DNA from: Candidatus Bathyarchaeota archaeon
GTDB taxonomy: Archaea > Thermoproteota > Bathyarchaeia > TCS64
DNA length: 64,000 nt
Assembly: GCA_963771885.1 (NCBI GenBank)
Contig: CAVYVF010000022.1
Coordinates: 192,001 to 256,000, forward strand
Reading direction: 5' to 3'
Positions 1-9,934 of this stretch are shown piece after piece. The notes beneath the pieces are model-generated. The model made no database searches, was not told where the DNA came from, and saw nothing but the letters and a program-made list of their open reading frames with translations. The stretch's first letter is position 1; the number at the start of each line of letters is the position of its first letter. Position numbers and translations under genes: made by a program.

Positions 1-927
1 GTGTGTGACGGATGGGTCGGCGACGTACCATCGGGTGTCGGCAAACGCCGTTCTCATAGCCTCGATGAGTAGGTGGAGCCTCTGCGGCGAATCGTAGGGG
101 ACATTGCTGAACCTGAAGCCCTCGAGTATATTGAGTGCGATGAGCGCGGTGATGCCCTGACCGTTCGGGGGTATCTCCCAGACGTCGACGCCGCGGTAGT
201 TGACGGTGATGGGCTCGTCGAAGGTCGACCTGTGGTTCTTGAGGTCATCGAGAGTCATCGTGCCCCCCTTTAACTGGATGAGTTCGACGATGGACTCGGC
301 GACGCGGCCCTCGTAGAAGCCTGCCTTGCCGTGTTCGACGACCTCGCGCATGCTCCCGGCGAGGGTCGGGTTCCTCATGATCTCGCCTGCGCCTGGTGCC
401 CTGCTGTTTATCAGCATCTCGTCTCCGTATGGGCCGGTTTTAAGAAGGGGTACACCCGCGGCCCATGCGCGTGCCGTGAGTGGCGAGACGGGGTATCCGC
501 CCTCTGCGAGTTCGATGGCTGGAGTAAGCACGTCCTTTACGGTTAGTGTTCCGAACGTATCGATGGTGTCGACCCAGCCGGCGACGGCGCCTGGGACGGT
601 TACTGTGTGGACGCCGTTCGAGGGCATCTTCGTGAAGCCCTCCGAGAGCAGCATCTCAGGGGTGAGACCTGCGGGTGCGCGCCCGCTGCCGTTCATTCCG
701 AGGACGCGGCCCTTGGATGAGTCGTAGTAGAGTGCGAAGCAGTCCCCGCCCATACCGGTGCTGCATGGCTCGGTGACGTTTAGCGCGGCGGCGACGGCGA
801 CTGCGGCGTCGGCGGCGTTACCGCCCTTCTGGAGTATGCGCATCCCGGCCTCGCTGGCTAGGGGCTGGCTGGAGGCGACGGCGCCCCGGATCCCGTAGAC
901 GGGTGAGCGCCGCGAGTTGAACCACAT
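1..927 (-). CDS. ggt: Gamma-glutamyltransferase (5' part; runs off the window edge)
   Basis: Not in ORF track. Manual reverse translation from ATG 927 (alternative 939): MWFNSRRSPVYGIRGAVASSQPLASEAGMRILQKGGNAADAAVAVAAALNVTEPCSTGMGGDCFALYYD, the typical GGT N-terminus. Confidence 0.93.
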   Translation of the reverse strand, partial: MWFNSRRSPVYGIRGAVASSQPLASEAGMRILQKGGNAADAAVAVAAALNVTEPCSTGMGGDCFALYYDSSKGRVLGMNGSGRAPAGLTPEMLLSEGFTKMPSNGVHTVTVPGAVAGWVDTIDTFGTLTVKDVLTPAIELAEGGYPVSPLTARAWAAGVPLLKTGPYGDEMLINSRAPGAGEIMRNPTLAGSMREVVEHGKAGFYEGRVAESIVELIQLKGGTMTLDDLKNHRSTFDEPITVNYRGVDVWEIPPNGQGITALIALNILEGFRFSNVPYDSPQRLHLLIEAMRTAFADTRWYVADPSVTH

Positions 928-977
928 CGCCACACCCATACAACGATCAGCAGAATAAGGTTAACCCTCAATCGCCG

Positions 978-1535
978 TCAGTAGTGCTTCTCTATCCCAC
1001 CAAAGCCAAACTGCCTGTTCTTCTCGGTCATCCTAAGGAAATGGTTTAGCCGCTTCTCGAACTCCGCCGGACGCTTCCTCGCGCCTTCGATGTAGGCTAC
1101 GCGGATTCTCCTATACTCAGGCGAGAATCTTTGGTAGTTCTCCCACGCCTTCTTATTCTCCTGTAGAGTCTTCAGGATATCAAAAGGTACGACATATTCC
1201 TCGTCCAGTATCCCCCCTATCTTCACCACCACTGACGGCATGACCTTACCCTGCTTGACGAGCGCCCTAAGCCGCTGTTTGTTGGCCTCGGAGTACTTAC
1301 TCCCCGGGTTCCGCGGGGTGAACCGTTGGGCGTAGGAGTATTCGTCAATCTTCTTGGCGGTGCTGTCAATCCAGCCAAAGCACAGCGCCTCCTCGACGGC
1401 GTCGTTGTAGAGGATGCGTGGTTTACCGCTCACCTTCTTGGGGTAGAGGAGCCAGACCTCCTTCTCCTTATCATGGTTCTCGGAAAGCCATTCCCGCCAC
1501 GCTTCCCTGTTCGCGAAGTATAGCTCGGTGCCCAC
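978..1535 (-). CDS. YdeI/OmpD-associated family protein
   Basis: WREWLSENH...AVEEALCFGWIDS...FTPR...YSEANK and C-terminal RRIRVAYIEGARK. Likely start GTG 1535 (ORF extends to 1568). Confidence 0.88.
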   Translation of the reverse strand: MGTELYFANREAWREWLSENHDKEKEVWLLYPKKVSGKPRILYNDAVEEALCFGWIDSTAKKIDEYSYAQRFTPRNPGSKYSEANKQRLRALVKQGKVMPSVVVKIGGILDEEYVVPFDILKTLQENKKAWENYQRFSPEYRRIRVAYIEGARKRPAEFEKRLNHFLRMTEKNRQFGFGGIEKHY

Positions 1536-1629
1536 GTACGTGTAGTAGCGATCATCGAGAATTAACACTGATCTGGCGTTCGCCTCGACAAGTTATATCC
1601 TCATCCGCCGAGTCTACTTCTGAGCATCA

Positions 1630-2790
1630 ATGAGTCAGACGAGGCAGTTCAGGGCGCCCGGGGTCATCAGCACGGGGCCTGGGGCGGCGAGGGAGGCCGG
1701 GGTGTACGCTAAGCAGCACGGTGGTAAGGCGCTCATAATCACGGACGCCAACTTGGAGAAGATTGGGTTACTCGCCGATGTGAAGGCGTCATTAGAAACT
1801 GCTGGTGTCAGCTACTCCGTATACGACCAAGTAGTGATGGAGCCCGTCGTCGAGTATGTGGATGATGGACTGCGCGCCCTCAAGGATGCGGAAGCGAACG
1901 TTGTAGTCGCCGTCGGCGGCGGAAGCCCGATTGACACCGGCAAGGCTGTCGCAGCGATGTCGCGCAACCCGGGGAGGATCAGCGAGTATATGGGCGCTGG
2001 AAAACTGGGACAGCCCTCGGTGCCCCTCATCGCCATACCAACGACAGCGGGGACGGGCAGCGAGGTCACCCCATTTACAATAATCACCGACCCAGCCACC
2101 GACGTCAAGATGCTAATAGCAAGCCCCCACCTCATCCCCTCAGTCGCCCTCGTCGATCCGCTGATGACGATGAAAATGCCCCGAAGCATCACCGCCGCGA
2201 CGGGTCTCGACGCCCTAACCCACGCTATAGAGGCTTACGTCTCAGTAAAGGCGCAACCACTCACAGACACGTTCGCCCTAAGCGCGATCCGCCTCATCTC
2301 CGCCAACCTACGCCGCGCCTACACCCAACCCGACGACCTCGAGGCAAGGAGCAACGTTTTAATGGGCGCCTTACAAGCGGGGCTCGCCTTCGCAAACTCC
2401 TCCGTGGCTCTCGTGCACGGAATGGCGCGCCCAATAGGGGCCTATTTCCACGTCGCCCACGGCATATCCAACGCCGTCCTACTCCCGACTGTCATCGAGT
2501 TCAGTGTTTCTGGCAACCCCCGCAGGTATGCGGACATAGCAGAAGCGATGGGGGAGCAGACTAGGGGACTCCATGTCAACAATGCTTCGGTAAAGACGGT
2601 CGAGGCGGTGAGGAGGCTTAACGCCGACCTCCAGATACCCACCTTAAGGGGTTTGAAGATAGATGAGGCGAAGTTCGACACCGTAGTTGGGAAGATGGCG
2701 GCGGATGCTATCGCCAGCGGGAGCCCCAGCAACAACCCCCGCAAGGCATCCCCCGAGGAGATAATCACCCTCTACCGTAAGGCGCTATAG
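1630..2790 (+). CDS. Iron-containing (type III) alcohol dehydrogenase
   Basis: GGGSPIDTGK, PTTAGTGSEVT, GLDALTHAIE, HGMA, HGISNA metal ligands. Confidence 0.95.
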   Translation: MSQTRQFRAPGVISTGPGAAREAGVYAKQHGGKALIITDANLEKIGLLADVKASLETAGVSYSVYDQVVMEPVVEYVDDGLRALKDAEANVVVAVGGGSPIDTGKAVAAMSRNPGRISEYMGAGKLGQPSVPLIAIPTTAGTGSEVTPFTIITDPATDVKMLIASPHLIPSVALVDPLMTMKMPRSITAATGLDALTHAIEAYVSVKAQPLTDTFALSAIRLISANLRRAYTQPDDLEARSNVLMGALQAGLAFANSSVALVHGMARPIGAYFHVAHGISNAVLLPTVIEFSVSGNPRRYADIAEAMGEQTRGLHVNNASVKTVEAVRRLNADLQIPTLRGLKIDEAKFDTVVGKMAADAIASGSPSNNPRKASPEEIITLYRKAL

Positions 2791-2835
2791 GTCACATTTC
2801 TTAAGCCCACGGTGCCCAACTCAGACCGATGCGAG

Positions 2836-4599
2836 ATGCCTGAGTGCGATCTCCTGATAAAGAACGCTAGGATCGTGGACGGTAGCGGCACCCCAGCCTT
2901 CAAAGGCGCCGTTGCTGTCGAGGGTGAGAGGATAAGCGCCGTCGGCAGGGTCGAGGGCGAGTTAAAAGTAGAGGCGAAGCAGGTCATCGACGCCAAGGGG
3001 CTCGTCGTCAGCCCCGGCTTCATCGACGCCCACAACCACGGCGACTGCAGCATACTCTACTATCCCAAGGCAGAGAGCTGGGTACACCAAGGCGTCACCA
3101 CCTTCGTCGGCGGCAACTGCGGAACCAGCCCCGGCCCATACGGGGATAGAATGGATGCTGCATACTTCCTCTTCGACATCTACAACGAGATAGCCCCTGA
3201 CATGTACTACGGGGAGCGCCTCCAGCCCATCGAGAAGATCAATGAACTCCACATGAAGAGGTACGGCTGGAAAATCGACTGGCGCACACTCGGCGAGTGG
3301 ATGAACTGCGTCGAAGCGAAGGGAACTGCGGCGAACGTCGCCCCTATCGCCGGCCATGGTGACATACGCTACCTCGTCATGGGCCTCGACTACCGACGAA
3401 AGGCGACAAAGAAGGAGGTCTCAGCCATGCAGGATCAAGTGGATAAGGCGATGCAGGAGGGCTGTGGAGGCATAAGCGTGGGCAGGGATTATAACCCCGG
3501 CTACTGGGCAGACCCCACAGAGTTAGTCGCCTGCGCCGAGGCTGCCGCCAAATATGGCGGCGTCTACACGAGTCACAGCCTGCGCACGGGACTCAGGGAA
3601 GACCGTCGCCCCGGTGATCCATCACCATCCAAGATGGGCGGCGTCCTCGAGGCGATCAACGTTGGCAGAAAAGCGAAGATAAGCGTCGAGATCAGCCACC
3701 TCAGCCCGCTCTATGATGTCTATCCTCCGGGGAGCAAGGATATGGCAGAGGCAAGTGCGATGGCCACACTCAAGGCGATAGACGACGCCCGCGACGAGGG
3801 CATAGACGTCAACTTCGACCTCATCCCCAACACAACGGGCGGCATCTACGCGATCCCCCACCTCGCTTCCACCCTTATGCCCTGGCTGAGGGTAGCAGGC
3901 AGCCTGAACCAGCTCGGTAAGGTACTGAGAATGCCCGCCCTCAGGGAGGAGATCAAGACGACCATCATGTCAGGCAAGTGGTACAACCTCAACCCCAACC
4001 TCACACCCACGTGGGCAATTGGTCCGACAGTCGCCGAGTGCAGGGAGAAAAAGTACATGGGCAAAACTATCGCCCAGATCGCCAAAGAGCAGAAGATCGG
4101 GGAACTCGACGCTCTCATGGACGTCCTCGCCGCTGACCCCCACACGAAGGCAAACATACAAGGTGGTGTCCCAGGTTACATGATGCTAGTCAAGCACCCC
4201 GCTGCCATGATAGGCATCGACACTTTCGGCGTCGACGACAAGTTCGAGATAAAGACGCCCCCCGGCATCCTGCCAAACGAGAACACCTACGGAGGCCACC
4301 CGCGGTACCTCCGCACCGCTGTAAGGGAGGCAAAGCTGCTGACGCTCGAGGAGGGTATACGGAAGATAACGAGCCTACCCGCCTCCAAATTCAAGCTAAA
4401 CGACCGCGGCGTCCTCAGAGAAGGCGCATACGCCGACCTCACCATCTTCGATCCCGACACAATCACCGACCGCGGCAACACGCTGAAGCCCCGCGTTTAC
4501 CCGAAGGGAATCGAGTACGTCGTCGTGAACGGCAAGCTCGTCATCTCTGGGGAGAGGCACACAGGCGCGACTCCAGGTAAGGTCCTCCGCCGGAAGTAA
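2836..4599 (+). CDS. N-acyl-D-amino-acid deacylase (D-aminoacylase, amidohydrolase superfamily)
   Basis: PGFIDAHNHGD, QGVTTFVGGNCG, C-terminal LTLEEGIRKITSLPA...GAYADLTIFDP...GIEYVVVNG. Confidence 0.9.
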   Translation: MPECDLLIKNARIVDGSGTPAFKGAVAVEGERISAVGRVEGELKVEAKQVIDAKGLVVSPGFIDAHNHGDCSILYYPKAESWVHQGVTTFVGGNCGTSPGPYGDRMDAAYFLFDIYNEIAPDMYYGERLQPIEKINELHMKRYGWKIDWRTLGEWMNCVEAKGTAANVAPIAGHGDIRYLVMGLDYRRKATKKEVSAMQDQVDKAMQEGCGGISVGRDYNPGYWADPTELVACAEAAAKYGGVYTSHSLRTGLREDRRPGDPSPSKMGGVLEAINVGRKAKISVEISHLSPLYDVYPPGSKDMAEASAMATLKAIDDARDEGIDVNFDLIPNTTGGIYAIPHLASTLMPWLRVAGSLNQLGKVLRMPALREEIKTTIMSGKWYNLNPNLTPTWAIGPTVAECREKKYMGKTIAQIAKEQKIGELDALMDVLAADPHTKANIQGGVPGYMMLVKHPAAMIGIDTFGVDDKFEIKTPPGILPNENTYGGHPRYLRTAVREAKLLTLEEGIRKITSLPASKFKLNDRGVLREGAYADLTIFDPDTITDRGNTLKPRVYPKGIEYVVVNGKLVISGERHTGATPGKVLRRK

Positions 4600-4660
4600 C
4601 TCCTATACTTGATACGCGCGCGCGGAATTCGCCCTTAGGTTCGGGAAATACAACAGAGGG

Positions 4661-4744
4661 ATGACAGTCTTCCTCAGCGTTGTCTTCCTACTCGCAGTTG
4701 GCCTCTTTGCCCTCGTCTTCAACCAGATAATCTCCGCCATATAG
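4661..4744 (+). other. Possible 27-aa single-TM peptide or C-terminal remnant of a membrane protein gene
   Basis: MTVFLSVVFLLAVGLFALVFNQIISAI*; strongly hydrophobic, below the ORF-track cutoff. Confidence 0.3.
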
Positions 4745-4782
4745 GGGCAACCCCTTTAACCGAATCTCACGACGGATAAACT

Positions 4783-5196
4783 ATGAGAGTCCTCCAGTTA
4801 CATTGCAGCAGCTTCGGCTATGAGATAAAGAAGGAGACACCAGTAGCCGAGCAGCCCGCTGACCCCAAGAGCGAGACACTGGAAAACGTACTTGTCTGCC
4901 TCACGTGCTTCGAGAAACAGGACGAGACGCACATGGATGAGATCATGAATGCCTACATGGAGAACATCAAGGTTGACACTGGGCGAATCGGGACAAAACG
5001 CGTGCTCATACACCCCTATGCTCACCTTAGCAAGCAGTTGGGCTCCCCACGCCTCGCCAAGGAGTTCCTCAAGAAACTACAGGAGAAGCTTCTAGCCGAG
5101 GGCTTCGAAGCGCACAGGAGCCCGTTTGGATGGTACAAAAGCTTCACCCTCACAAATATTGGCCACCCCCTCGCCGAATCCTACCGCGAGTACTAG
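4783..5196 (+). CDS. Stand-alone archaeal threonyl-tRNA synthetase editing domain
   Basis: MRVLQLHC, HPYAHLS, SPFGWYKSF, GHPLAE match the archaeal ThrRS N-terminal editing domain. Only 137 aa, with no catalytic or anticodon-binding domain. Confidence 0.88.
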   Translation: MRVLQLHCSSFGYEIKKETPVAEQPADPKSETLENVLVCLTCFEKQDETHMDEIMNAYMENIKVDTGRIGTKRVLIHPYAHLSKQLGSPRLAKEFLKKLQEKLLAEGFEAHRSPFGWYKSFTLTNIGHPLAESYREY

Positions 5197-5249
5197 CATC
5201 CATCCAAACGTTATCTAAATAATAAAAATCAACTAAGAAACGTGATTAC

Positions 5250-5520
5250 TTGAGAGGAAACCGACCTACGGGTGTAACGATTCTCGCCATCCTCCAGATC
5301 CTCGCGGGGCTAGTGTACGCATCGCGGGGGCGGGTATAGTATTCCTCGGCGGAACCCTTGCAGGCTAATGCTTCATCTTCTGAAGTTACTCGTAGAGTTG
5401 CTTCTGGTACCCCGCCAGGGCGTCCATCTTCTTTGAGAGTTCATCAACTCGGGTCTAAAACGCTGTGACCCTCTCTGTCAGCGTCGCTTTCTTTGGCGGC
5501 TCAACGGGTTCTGACAAGTG
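5250..5520. pseudogene. Two decayed small-gene remnants (+ strand membrane-protein start; - strand coiled-coil protein)
   Basis: + strand: RPTGVTILAILQILAGLVY, then a frameshift and stop. - strand: SEPVEPPKKATLTERVTAF*TRVDELSKKMDALAG with an internal stop. Confidence 0.4.
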
Positions 5521-5568
5521 GATCAATGAGAGGAAGGTTCAACAATCATTAAACTTTTTATGGAGGCT

Positions 5569-6963
5569 TCAACCCCAAATCTTGTCAGGGTTTAGAATGC
5601 CGTTGGGGTCGAAGACCCTCTTAATACCCTTCATCAACTCGACTTGCGTCTCGCCGACTTTCCTTACGAGGTACAGACGCTTCGTGTAGCCGAGACCGTG
5701 CTCACCACTAACTGTGCCACCCATGCTGAGGCCGAGGTCGATGAGGTCGGCTATGGATGCTTCGAGTGCCTCGTGCCATTCCTCATCGGTTCCGCCCAAG
5801 CGTATGATGTTGCAGTGGACATTTCCGTCCCCCGCGTGGCCCACTGGGACAATCTGGACGCCGTGCTTCGCCTCAACGCCCGCGAGTTCGTCTATAAAGT
5901 CGGGGACCCTGCTCCGAGGGACGCAGATGTCAGCCTCGTCGAGCTCGTAGAAGGTGTTGTAGGCGTCGTAGACGGCTTTTCGGCTCTCCCACATCTGGCG
6001 CTGCTTTTCTGCCGTGTCCGCGATGAAGGCGTCGACGGCGCCGTTCTCGATGCAGACCTCGCCAGCCGTCTCAATTTGGGTGCTAAGCTCGGATTCGCTG
6101 TTGGACTCCACGCCTACGATTAGGTAGGCGGGGTGAGTGTCGTCGGGGAGCTTGCGCTCGAGGTATCGCTCGACGGTCTCCACGGCGTGTTTACTCATGA
6201 GCTCGAGGGCGAATGGCTGCACTTTACGACGTATGATCTCGCTTACGGCCTTGGCGGCGTCGTGTGTCGACTCGAAGGGAGCATAGATGAGGGCGGTGTG
6301 CTTTGGCTTGGGCACTAGGCGGAGCGTCGCCTTCGTCACGACTCCGAGGGTACCCTCGGAGCCGATTAGGATGTCGAGTAGGCTGTAACCCGTTGTGTCC
6401 TTGACGACCTTGCCTCCCACGTTGATTATTTCACCGCTAGGGAGCACGACCTCTAGTGCCTGGACGTAGTCGCGCGTCGTGCCGTACTTGAGGGCGCGCA
6501 TTCCGCCGGCGTTCGTGTTTATGTTGCCGCCGATGCTGCCTGATTCTTGTCCAGGGTCAGGTGGATAGTAGAGGCCAACCTTCTCCACGGCCTTGTGGAC
6601 GTCTTCGACGAGTGCAGCCGGCTCAACGACTGCCATGAGATTCTCCTCATCGATCTCAAGGATCTTATTCATGCGCTCGAGACTGAGGGCGATGCCTCCG
6701 CGGATGGGATGGCTCGCGCCGGCGAGGCCCGTCCTGCTTCCCTGAGCGACGACTGGAATCAGTTTCTCGTTCGCCAGCCGCATAACCGCGGAGACCTCGG
6801 CGGCGCTACTCGGCTTGACAACGACCTCCGGAGGATGGGGCTCAAGTGGACTCTCGTCCACGCTAGCCTTCTCTATATCATCCTTGGAGAAAGAGACGTT
6901 CTTCGCGCCTACGATGAGTTCTAGAATGCGCTTGATGTCATCGTCGATGCTAGGGTGTACCAC
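5569..6963 (-). CDS. FAD-linked 2-hydroxyacid oxidoreductase (GlcD/LctD, D-lactate/glycolate dehydrogenase family)
   Basis: YPPDPG, SIGGNINTNAGGMRALKYGTTRDYV, GSEGTLGVVT, HAGDGNVH, SGEHGLG, DPNGILNP. Overlaps the etfA stop. Confidence 0.93.
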   Translation of the reverse strand: MVHPSIDDDIKRILELIVGAKNVSFSKDDIEKASVDESPLEPHPPEVVVKPSSAAEVSAVMRLANEKLIPVVAQGSRTGLAGASHPIRGGIALSLERMNKILEIDEENLMAVVEPAALVEDVHKAVEKVGLYYPPDPGQESGSIGGNINTNAGGMRALKYGTTRDYVQALEVVLPSGEIINVGGKVVKDTTGYSLLDILIGSEGTLGVVTKATLRLVPKPKHTALIYAPFESTHDAAKAVSEIIRRKVQPFALELMSKHAVETVERYLERKLPDDTHPAYLIVGVESNSESELSTQIETAGEVCIENGAVDAFIADTAEKQRQMWESRKAVYDAYNTFYELDEADICVPRSRVPDFIDELAGVEAKHGVQIVPVGHAGDGNVHCNIIRLGGTDEEWHEALEASIADLIDLGLSMGGTVSGEHGLGYTKRLYLVRKVGETQVELMKGIKRVFDPNGILNPDKIWG

Positions 6964-8149
6964 CGGCTTTGCTCTCCTTGATTCTCTCTATGAGGCGTGG
7001 AACAACCTCATAAAGGTCACCGACAGCGGCGAGGCTACTTATCCTGCAGATGGGGGCCTCCCGGTCCTTGTTTATAGCGATGATGACGTCACTCGTCTTC
7101 ATCCCAGCCTGATGCTGGACGGCTCCGCTAATACCACAGGCCAGGTAAAGCTTCGGGCGAACCGTCCTGCCGCTGAGGCCGACCTGGTGCCTGTACTCGA
7201 TCCAGCCCTCATCCACGGTCGGGCGGCTCGCACCGACTGCTCCACCGAGCGCTACAGCTAGCTGCTGAATTAGCTCGAAACCCTTGGGCTCCCCAAGCCC
7301 CTTCCCTCCTGAAACCACTACATCGGCGTCGACGATGCTGACCTGCTCTTTAGCGGCCTCGAAGCCGAGGACCTTGACGCGATCCTGTAGACTCGACGGA
7401 TCGACCGTCTTCTTGACCACCTCACCATAGTGCGCGGGGTCGATTTTTGCCTCGGTCATAACCTTGTATCGAACAGTAGCCATCTGTGGGCGACTGTTCT
7501 GCGTGTAGATGGTCGCCATGATGTTTCCGCCGTAGGCGGGGCGAGTCTGGAGCAAAACCTTCATCTGGGGATCGATGTCTAGGCTCGTGCAATCTGCGGT
7601 AAGCCCGGTCTTGAGCTTGGCGGCGACGCGTGGACCGAGTGTGCGCCCTATGCTTGTGGCGCCGATGAGGAATATGCTGGGCTTCAGCTCCCTCGTAGCT
7701 TCGGTGAGTATCTGGGCGAAGGGGTCGTCGCGGTAGGCAGCCAGACTCGGGTGGTCGTAGACGAGGACCTTATCGGCGCCGCGCTTGATGAGCTCTCCCG
7801 CGGCCTTGTCGAGCCCCTCGCCGATGATGACGGCGTAGACTGGCTCGCCGAGGGTCTCGGCTAGCTCTCGGCCCCTTCCAAGTAGCTCGTAGGCGACCGG
7901 GTGCACCGTACCTTCCCGCTGCTCGGCGTAGATGAGGACACCGCGCCAATCCTCCCAGGTCTGGGGACCCTCGCTCTTCTTGATTGTGATTGCCTTCACA
8001 GGGCAGACGGGCTCACAGGCACCGCATACGCGGCAAGCATCGCCGATCTGCGCCTTGTTCCCCACTATCGTGATTGCGCCAAATGGACAGGCGGACACGC
8101 ATACTCCGCAACCTGTGCAAGCGTCACCGACGTTCACTGGCTTACTCAT
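6950..8149 (-). CDS. etfA: Electron transfer flavoprotein alpha subunit with N-terminal 2[4Fe-4S] ferredoxin domain
   Basis: CTGCGVCVSACP and CRVCGACEPVCP; TGLTADCT, RPAYGGN, QVGLSGRTV, GISGAVQH. Confidence 0.95.
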   Translation of the reverse strand: MSKPVNVGDACTGCGVCVSACPFGAITIVGNKAQIGDACRVCGACEPVCPVKAITIKKSEGPQTWEDWRGVLIYAEQREGTVHPVAYELLGRGRELAETLGEPVYAVIIGEGLDKAAGELIKRGADKVLVYDHPSLAAYRDDPFAQILTEATRELKPSIFLIGATSIGRTLGPRVAAKLKTGLTADCTSLDIDPQMKVLLQTRPAYGGNIMATIYTQNSRPQMATVRYKVMTEAKIDPAHYGEVVKKTVDPSSLQDRVKVLGFEAAKEQVSIVDADVVVSGGKGLGEPKGFELIQQLAVALGGAVGASRPTVDEGWIEYRHQVGLSGRTVRPKLYLACGISGAVQHQAGMKTSDVIIAINKDREAPICRISSLAAVGDLYEVVPRLIERIKESKAGGTP

Positions 8150-8943
8150 ACGATCTTCGCCTCCCTGAGCTTCGCGAAGATCGCATCCGCGAGCTGGTCT
8201 GGGGTGCCCTCGATGACCTCGCCCCCGGCGTGCGGCTCAGGAGTAAAAATCTTCGTGACACGTGTGTAACTCCCGTCAAGGCCGAGTTCCTTAGGGTTCA
8301 TCCCCATCTCCTTGTTCGTGATGGTTTTGATGATGGCCTTCTTGGCGGCAAGCCTGCCGCGGAGCGTGGCGAGGCGCGGCTGACCAACGTCCTTGGATAC
8401 GGTGATTATGAGGGGTAGCGGAGCCTCCAGTGTCTCGACGCCGTCGTCGAGGTTACGTTTGAGTGTGACCTTCCCGCTATTTACGTCAATTATCTGGCTG
8501 ACGTAGCTTATGCATGGTTCGCCGAGGTGCTCAGCCATCTCAGGGCCGGTCTGGCCGGTGTCCCCGTCGGTCGTTTTAAGGCCGCAGATGATTAAGTCGT
8601 GGGGTCCGCTAAGTTGTATGCTCTTGGCTAGTGTGAGGCTGGTTGCCCAGGTGTCAGCTCCACCGAATACGCGGTCGCTGACAAGGACGCCTTCGTCACA
8701 TCCCATGGCTATGGCATCGCGCAAGCTCTGCTCAGCTGCCGGCGGACCCATGCTTATGACTCTGATCCTGCCGCCGTGTTTTTCACGGAGGCGGAGCCCC
8801 GTCTCTATGGCGTACTCGTCGAATGGGTTGATGACCGCTGCGACGCCTTCACGCTTAAGGCGACCCGTCTCCTTATCGAACTCGACCTCGGTCGTCTCCG
8901 GAACCTGCTTTATGCAAATGACGATGTTAAGACCGACACTCAA
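8146..8943 (-). CDS. etfB: Electron transfer flavoprotein beta subunit
   Basis: CIKQVP, NPFDEYAIE, GADTWATS, DGDTGQTGP. Confidence 0.95.
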   Translation of the reverse strand: MSVGLNIVICIKQVPETTEVEFDKETGRLKREGVAAVINPFDEYAIETGLRLREKHGGRIRVISMGPPAAEQSLRDAIAMGCDEGVLVSDRVFGGADTWATSLTLAKSIQLSGPHDLIICGLKTTDGDTGQTGPEMAEHLGEPCISYVSQIIDVNSGKVTLKRNLDDGVETLEAPLPLIITVSKDVGQPRLATLRGRLAAKKAIIKTITNKEMGMNPKELGLDGSYTRVTKIFTPEPHAGGEVIEGTPDQLADAIFAKLREAKIV

Positions 8944-9005
8944 CGAAGTATCACCCTGCTTTTGCTGAGACTACGCTCTGGAGTGGTGGTATAAAAGTGT
9001 AGGCG

Positions 9006-9425
9006 CTAAGGTGCGTGGGGGAACTTTGCGCCTAGCAGGCTGTAAGCCTTCTCCGGCTCTGTTACACCGAGGACTATCCGGGTCCGCGTCGCGTTGTAAA
9101 AGAACTCAATATTCACGCCAGCGTCGGCGATACGGCGGGTCACCGCGGCTAACTCACCGGGACGGTCCCTTATGTCTATGACGAGGGCCTCCCGCTCCTC
9201 CTCGATCTTTATCCCGGCGTTAACAAGCGCCCTCTTGGCCGGAGTGGCGTCGTCGACGAGTATGTGCGCTATATGTGTGACAAATTCGCGGTCCTCACCG
9301 CCCTTAATTTCGCGCGCGAATCCGGCAATGCCCTCGATGTTCACTCCAGCCTTGCCGAGTGCCTCGCTAAGGTCAGCGAGAGTGCCTGGGCGGTTCTCTA
9401 GTGTCACCTTGAGGTCCTTCATCAT
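9006..9425 (-). CDS. Tandem ACT-domain protein
   Basis: LENRPGTLA...AGVNIE repeated as IRDRPGELA...AGVNIE. Likely start MMKDLK at 9425. Confidence 0.88.
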   Translation of the reverse strand: MMKDLKVTLENRPGTLADLSEALGKAGVNIEGIAGFAREIKGGEDREFVTHIAHILVDDATPAKRALVNAGIKIEEEREALVIDIRDRPGELAAVTRRIADAGVNIEFFYNATRTRIVLGVTEPEKAYSLLGAKFPHAP

Positions 9426-9489
9426 GGTGGTTCTGGTGTATCCCGGGAACGGTGGGGCATAAGATTTTGGACACATAGGCCTGACTAAG

Positions 9490-9921
9490 CTACTTGTATT
9501 CACCGCTCGTGGAGAAGCCAACTAGGAAATGCGGAGAGTCGACCCTCCTGTAAACGAAGTTGTGGCGGAGGCCGCGGGGTATGTATACCCCGGCGGTCCG
9601 CGTTATGACATGGATCTCCTCCTCGTCGCCGAGGAGTATCTCGATCTCTGCCCCCAGCTTGGTGATATCGTGAGGGTCCGTGCCCATGAAAAGTATGACT
9701 TCGTCGTGTGGATGGACATGGGGCTTGAGCCAGGGATTGGGGTCGGGAACCGTGTGTATGCCGGATATAAAAATGTGTAGAGGTGCCCCCTTGATTAGGG
9801 CGTCCTCGATGTATGTGTGGCTTAGCGTCCTGCCCTTGACACGTTGGCCGTCGGGGAGAACCCCGTTTGCTAGCTTCTGTACCCTCGGCGAATCTATGAT
9901 ATACTTGCCATACTTTGACAA
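9490..9921 (-). CDS. Cupin-fold protein
   Basis: PHVHPHDEVILF...YIPRGLRH cupin metal motifs. Probable TTG start 9921 (ORF extends to 9966). Confidence 0.7.
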   Translation of the reverse strand: MSKYGKYIIDSPRVQKLANGVLPDGQRVKGRTLSHTYIEDALIKGAPLHIFISGIHTVPDPNPWLKPHVHPHDEVILFMGTDPHDITKLGAEIEILLGDEEEIHVITRTAGVYIPRGLRHNFVYRRVDSPHFLVGFSTSGEYK

Positions 9922-9934
9922 AACGCGCCTCTCC

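Noticed and set aside
5455..5465. In-frame TAG as possible pyrrolysine or stop-codon readthrough
   Set aside because: It lies in a short remnant that also has other lesions, and no pyl or methyltransferase context is present.
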